A stretch of DNA of 64,000 bases from Monocercomonoides exilis PA203. Lineage: Eukaryota > Protista > Preaxostyla. The translations under genes were made by a program, and so were the position numbers. The notes beneath the pieces were generated by a model that worked only from the letters and a program-made list of their open reading frames with translations, was not told the origin of the DNA and ran no database searches. Positions 58,722-64,000 of the stretch are shown here, one piece after another. The stretch spans positions 2,356,001 to 2,420,000 of the forward strand of contig LSRY02000002.1 in NCBI GenBank assembly GCA_001643675.2, in the 5' to 3' direction. Within the stretch, counting starts at the first letter, position 1. Every line of letters starts with the position of its first letter.

Positions 58722-58834
58722 GAATTTGTCAAACAGTCTGATCCTATTGATCAATGAAGTATAAGTATTTATTTGATAACTTAACTCGTTTGTTTGGATT
58801 GAACACATTGAATAATATTTCCAAAAATTAAAGG

Positions 58835-59592
58835 ATGTCATTTCAAACAACATCACAATCCTCAAACTTACGTAATTCTTCTTCAATAAAGCGTTCTCAG
58901 AGAGGTGTATTTTTTAAGCCTGGTATTGCCAGTACTGACGTTTTATCCGTTAGCAGTGGAAGTAAGCAAGCTAACGATGAAGGGATAATCTCTGAAAGGA
59001 AGGAAAAATATGAATTGTTACTTGAAAGGGCAAAACAATTGGCAGGATCAATTTCTTTGGTTTGAACAACTTTGAGAGCATCCATATGCTTAAATTTCGT
59101 TTTTATTTCGTTTTTAAAATACAGGAAGAACAAAGGATAAAAAGTCATCTTGACAAGCCAACTGGAAATGAGGCCACTCTTTGTGCTCTTCTTAACAGAA
59201 GAGAACACGAGCTTGGTTTGTTGAATTTTTTTGTTATTGAAACAATAACTTTAAAATATTCGAAAGATGAAATAGGCAAGCAATTAGACGCATTAGGAGC
59301 ATTGCACGGAGTTTCTTGAAAGAATATTTATTTTCCGTCAAAATCAAAAATCTTTACTCATTTCATGTTATGTCTCAAGCTCATTGGCCCAAATCATTGG
59401 GACAGGAACATAAAAAAATCAAATACTAGCAATAAAAATATAAAAAATTCAAAAAATAAATTTGGAAAATCAAAAGAATACAATTCAAATTGCAGTATGT
59501 TGATGATGAACATCAACGGAGAGGAAGACAACAAAAATTATCTTCTTCAAGTAGAGACAGAAAGTGTAGATTACAGCAAAAGATGGATATAA
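58835..59592 (+). CDS. Small multi-exon hypothetical protein
   Basis: The ORF from ATG 58835 joins through GT-AG introns (..GSISL|EEQRIK..EHEL|DEIGKQ..LHG|LIGPNH..). No recognised domain. Confidence 0.5.
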
Positions 59593-59815
59593 CAAAAATA
59601 ACATTAAAAGAAGTGAAGTTAATGGCTACGAAGGAAACAAATAAACTTTATAAAAAACATACAGAAAGTGTATAGAAATGGAAGAGTCTGTCTCCCGAAA
59701 AATAAATGTTGTAATGTGGAATGTGAAAAAGAAATGGAATTTTAACAATCAATTGATACAAGCAATAAAGATAAAGTTTGTTAAAAACTAGTTTTTTAAC
59801 TTTTGCTTTAGAGTT

Positions 59816-62800
59816 TTACTCCTTCATGGCATCAGTTGCAGTCTTTACTGGAGCGTACATTTCATTGCGGCGAAGCACTTTCTCATCGTCATCTCTCAGC
59901 TTTCCAAAGATAGCTTCTTTGAGTTTATTGGCACACGGAAGCTTCATTGTGGAGATCACTTCGAGGACCATCACAACAGATCCAAATATGCTCATGAATC
60001 CCATCACAGTTGACATCAAGTTGGCAAAGAACGAGCCAATCTTCATTCTGAAGACCCAATTCGTGAGGAGAACGGAATGATCCTGCGTGAAATCGACTGA
60101 TACGCCCAAGCCATATTTGACATTCATCTCATCTTCTGCTGCAGTTGTACCGAGAAGAGTGGCTGATGAGACAATTTGATACCCTTCGTCTTTCGTGTCG
60201 TTAGGGAACGTGAACATAGAAGGCATAATGTTGTAGCGAAACACTGTGCTCTGTGCTCCTTTAAATGGCTGAGAACTTGATGACTGTGCAACAAGTGTCC
60301 TCGTTGAAAGGCGTTTGTACAAATCTCCTTTTTTCCCTTTCCACCCAAATCCGATTCCTGTGTCAACAGAAACTTTCGCCTCAAGCGCATATGCATGTGC
60401 CTTGTCGGTGGTTGTCATCACGCTCATCATTGGATAAGATCCATCCTCTTTAAAGGCAAATTCCACATTATCTCCAGTAACTTTCACAATGCAGTTTTTC
60501 ACTGGATTCAAATAATCGTTGACTGATGGCTGTTGCTTGCATTGCACTTTAAGATCATGATAAGTTCGAGCTTTGGTATTCTTATCAATTGCTGTAAAAT
60601 CATCAAAAAAAGAAAGTAAATAAAAAGAGATTGTTGAACATAACAACACAAAATAAACACAAATTTTAAAAATAGAAGAAGATAAGATAAAACAAACTGA
60701 CTGAAGCTAAATTCCGAGTAGACAGATAAAACTTCGGATGACAGTCTAACCAGTCTGTGACCGTATTCACATCTTCCATTGGGATTCCATTCACACACTC
60801 TCCGCAGTAGTCTCTCAGTGTAATTTCTGCGCGGAAGGAGCGCATAACAATCGAGGTCAGATCCAGCGAGGGCTCCATCGATGCAGCTATCACAGACTTC
60901 GTCTCAGTTACGTTGTTCCACAGAAACTCCACAACAACAGAAACTGCCGCACATACTGCAAAGCACAGGTACATGATTGAGACAAACCCTCCTATTCTGC
61001 TCTTCTTCAGCACTTTAGGTGCAGTGTTGGTGATTGGATCCAACTTATTTGAATGTCTGTCTGAAAACAGATCGAGTTTAAATAGTTTTCCTCGCGTAGG
61101 AAGACAGATGCACATGAACGACACGCAAACACCCACAATTGCACCACCCACATAGCATCCAATGGTGATGAACAGAGAGAACTTATCGTTGGTCTCATAG
61201 AAAGGTGGCTGTTCATCTTTCTGCTCGTCCATTGATGGCCTTGTGGAGTTGCTGCTCTTCGAGCCAACGGGGCAATAGCTGTCTTTCGGGCACGGTTTGC
61301 ACTCAACTCTCCCGCTTTCATCATTGTATGTGTTGGCTGGGCATGCTACGCAATGATATCCAGACAGTCCTCCTTCGTAATTGTTGTAGGAACCTGGATT
61401 ACATTTGGTGCATTCGACTGAATTGAATTTCTTTGCGAATTGTCCAGTTGGGCAGAAGACACAGAACTCGGACTCAGAGTCGAGAGAAAAGGCAAGCTCA
61501 GAAGGCTCTCCATACGAAAGGTAAGAAGAAGAGGCAGATTCGTTGAGAGAACTCGAAGATAAAACAGAAGAGAAAGCAGAATGAGCATCTTCCATTTGGA
61601 GAAGATCTGTCAATGATGTGTATCTTCGTTGATTATCCCATATCCACAACGATGACAGTGTGCGCATATTTGAATTGTGCAGCATTCTCTGAAATGTCTC
61701 CTGTGCAACCATCGCCTGGAAAGTCGACATCGGTTTTTTTGAGGACTTCAATGCTTCCAGCTTCTCAGAATGAGACAAAGAAGAAGAAGAAGAAGTTACT
61801 GAAACCACATTGGCATTGGTTGGAAGAGATCCTCCAACATAAGCAGTGTTGCTCAGCGCTTTTGTCTCTACTTTCTTTGTTCCAGGAGAGCAGGTAAAGT
61901 TCTTTGTCATGTGGAGAATGAGCAGTTGATTGTGGAATTGATTGTCTGCTGGGAGCTTATTGCCGATGATGTTTCCTCCAAAACAGTACAAGTTGTTTTT
62001 ATAATATGCAGCTCCTCCGCCAGCCATCGCTGTGAGATCATCTTTCCCTTCGTAGTACTCGAAAACAGGCTTCGAAGGGTCAGAAAGGATCCAATGGTTC
62101 ACTCTGCACTTGGCTGTGTCAACGTCAAGCCCCGAAAACGAAAGGAATCCGTCTTCGATGGGAGCTGTGTATGATCTGTAATGAATGGGCAGCTTGGCAT
62201 ACTGCTCCTGCTGGGTGTTTGGATACGGCACTTCTGGAAGAGGGTCTCCGTAGAACACAAGAAACTCTCGCTGCTCAGAATCGTCTGCTACAACAGCACG
62301 ACTTGGCCGCTTCCACTCTTGTTGGCTGCTTGTCACAGACTGGGCATTTGTTGTGTCGTTGTTCTCTTCATTCGACGAAGAAAGAGAAGAAATCAAAGAC
62401 GTGTAGCTGGAGGTGTCGAGCAACTTTGCTCCGAGATCCTTCATCATTCCGACATCCGGCAAAATGAGATAATCCAATGTGATGCTGGATTCTCTTGTTT
62501 CTGAGACACCACCAGCGATGATTATCTGGTCAACCTCGTATGTCTTGCCGTCTCTTTCAATCTTCATCTCCTTCGAATGGATGGCAACATCGTCTCGCTT
62601 CTCTAAAATGTAAGGTGGAACAGCAGAAAATGTATCATCATCAGCATCGCCAATATCATATGAATTCACTTTCTCAACTTTACGCTTGATGGGCGTTTCG
62701 TATACGCTCATTTTACTTTTTTCATTATTGGAAGCGATATCTTCTTCTTCATCGTACTCTTCTCTTCGCTCAAAATCAATAACCTGCTGCGTGTCTCTTT

Positions 62801-64000
62801 CCAACGCATTCATCATCCATTGGGTTTCATCAAACTCGCCTTTCTCAAATATTTTTGAAACGTTGGTGTGCAGCTGAGGACGATAGCGCGTTGAAGCTAT
62901 CTTCCACTTCCACGACATCAATGAAAACACCCAAATCTGATTGGAGACGGATCCATCACTCATTCTGCCTCCAACAACAATAAGATTTTTGTGCAGAATT
63001 TTCGTGTAGCAGCCAGATCTTCCCAATGGCTTCAGAGAAGAAAGAGGCTTCATCTTAGACCACGAATGGTCAGTAATAGAATATTCCCAAATGTCGTTCT
63101 TCACTTCCTTTACGCCGGTTACTAGATCAACTCCAATTCCTCCAAATATGAATAGACGGCCAGAATGTTCGCACATCCCAAAGTCATACAAGGCAGGTGG
63201 AGTTTCTGTGTTCCCTCCTGTTGGCTCTTCTTTGTGCCATTTCTTGGTTGCGATATCGTAAGAATACAAATCATTGAGCACTGCGCCTCCTGTTCCTTGT
63301 CCGCCATACACCCACAATCTGCCCAGAGCGCCAACAACACCATGAAGTGCCCGTGGTGAAGGAATGTTAGACACAGTCTCGGACACTCGTGTCCACTCTT
63401 TGACGCCAGCAGAAATATCATTCGCATCCAACGTAATTCTGTCTAAATTCCCCAAAATATCTCCATCACGTGTTCCTCCAAACGCAAATCCCCTTCTTGT
63501 AACAACTGCTCCTTCTCCTTCGTTCGTTGATTCTTCATCGCAAATGACAAATCCACCTGCCCTGCGCTGATAGCTTTCGTCATGCAACGCATGAACGACA
63601 ACTTCAACAGTCATTAGCCCTGCATTAGCAACATTCTTGGTGAAGTCAAGAACCAAAAGATCGTTTGCCATTTCTTCAGAAGTGGTCTCTTCATGAAGTC
63701 CTCCAAATAGATAAACATAATTTCCATCCCAACAGATTCCTGCCTCCGTTCGTGGAACAACGTTAATTTCTGTTGTTGTGCCTCTCTCAACTAACGGAAG
63801 ATGTTTCCAATCACCTTCAGTTGGATTATCAACCGGAATTCTATAAACATCTTGCGATTGTTTTGATTTTGATGTGTATCCTCCAAAAATGTATAAATAT
63901 GATCCTGAAGCGAATGCCCCTCCTCCTGATCTTGTAGCTGGGGCATCTGTATATGTCTTAATGTCCACTTCTCCAAGTAATCTTGTCCAAACTCGTGTTG
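59816..64000 (-). CDS. Kelch-repeat / Cys-rich (GCC2-GCC3/ephrin-receptor-like) membrane protein with three TM segments; 5' end outside the window
   Basis: Kelch repeats (YIFGG, VYLFGG, LWVYGG, LFIFGG); CPTGQF..CNPGSY..CPANTY..CPKDSYC repeats; hydrophobic TMs. A phase-1 intron at 60592-60697 joins the two ORFs. Confidence 0.8.

Noticed and set aside
1-64000. CRISPR arrays, rRNA or tRNA genes, prokaryotic operons
   Set aside because: None recognised; the window is intron-containing eukaryotic DNA.

Overview
Eukaryotic, gene-dense, AT-rich DNA with short GT-AG introns (often GTTTG donors), the standard genetic code and proteins inflated by Ser/Pro/Glu low-complexity tracts. The style, and a giant receptor-pseudokinase gene, suggest an oxymonad such as Monocercomonoides (inference). 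Left to right: a LAMMER/CLK kinase with a long C-terminal tail; a 721-bp Tc1/mariner(pogo)-like non-autonomous element; an apparently intact three-intron hAT transposase; a decayed low-complexity pseudogene; a CFAP251/WDR66-like WD40 gene; a CBM48 protein; a SPRY-like protein; a two-RRM protein; a divergent E2F/DP-like factor; a small fold-back element; a 2611-aa surface receptor with a pseudokinase; a GT25 glycosyltransferase; a BCAS3/ATG18-like propeller; a small unknown gene; and a Kelch/Cys-rich multi-TM protein. The best lead is a 17-bp inverted repeat pair (7247-7263 and 16233-16249), with shared TGAC subterminal motifs, that brackets the hAT transposase and the pseudogene. This suggests a ~9-kb gene-capturing hAT element. 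All domain calls come from motif recognition by eye, and splice models were derived manually.
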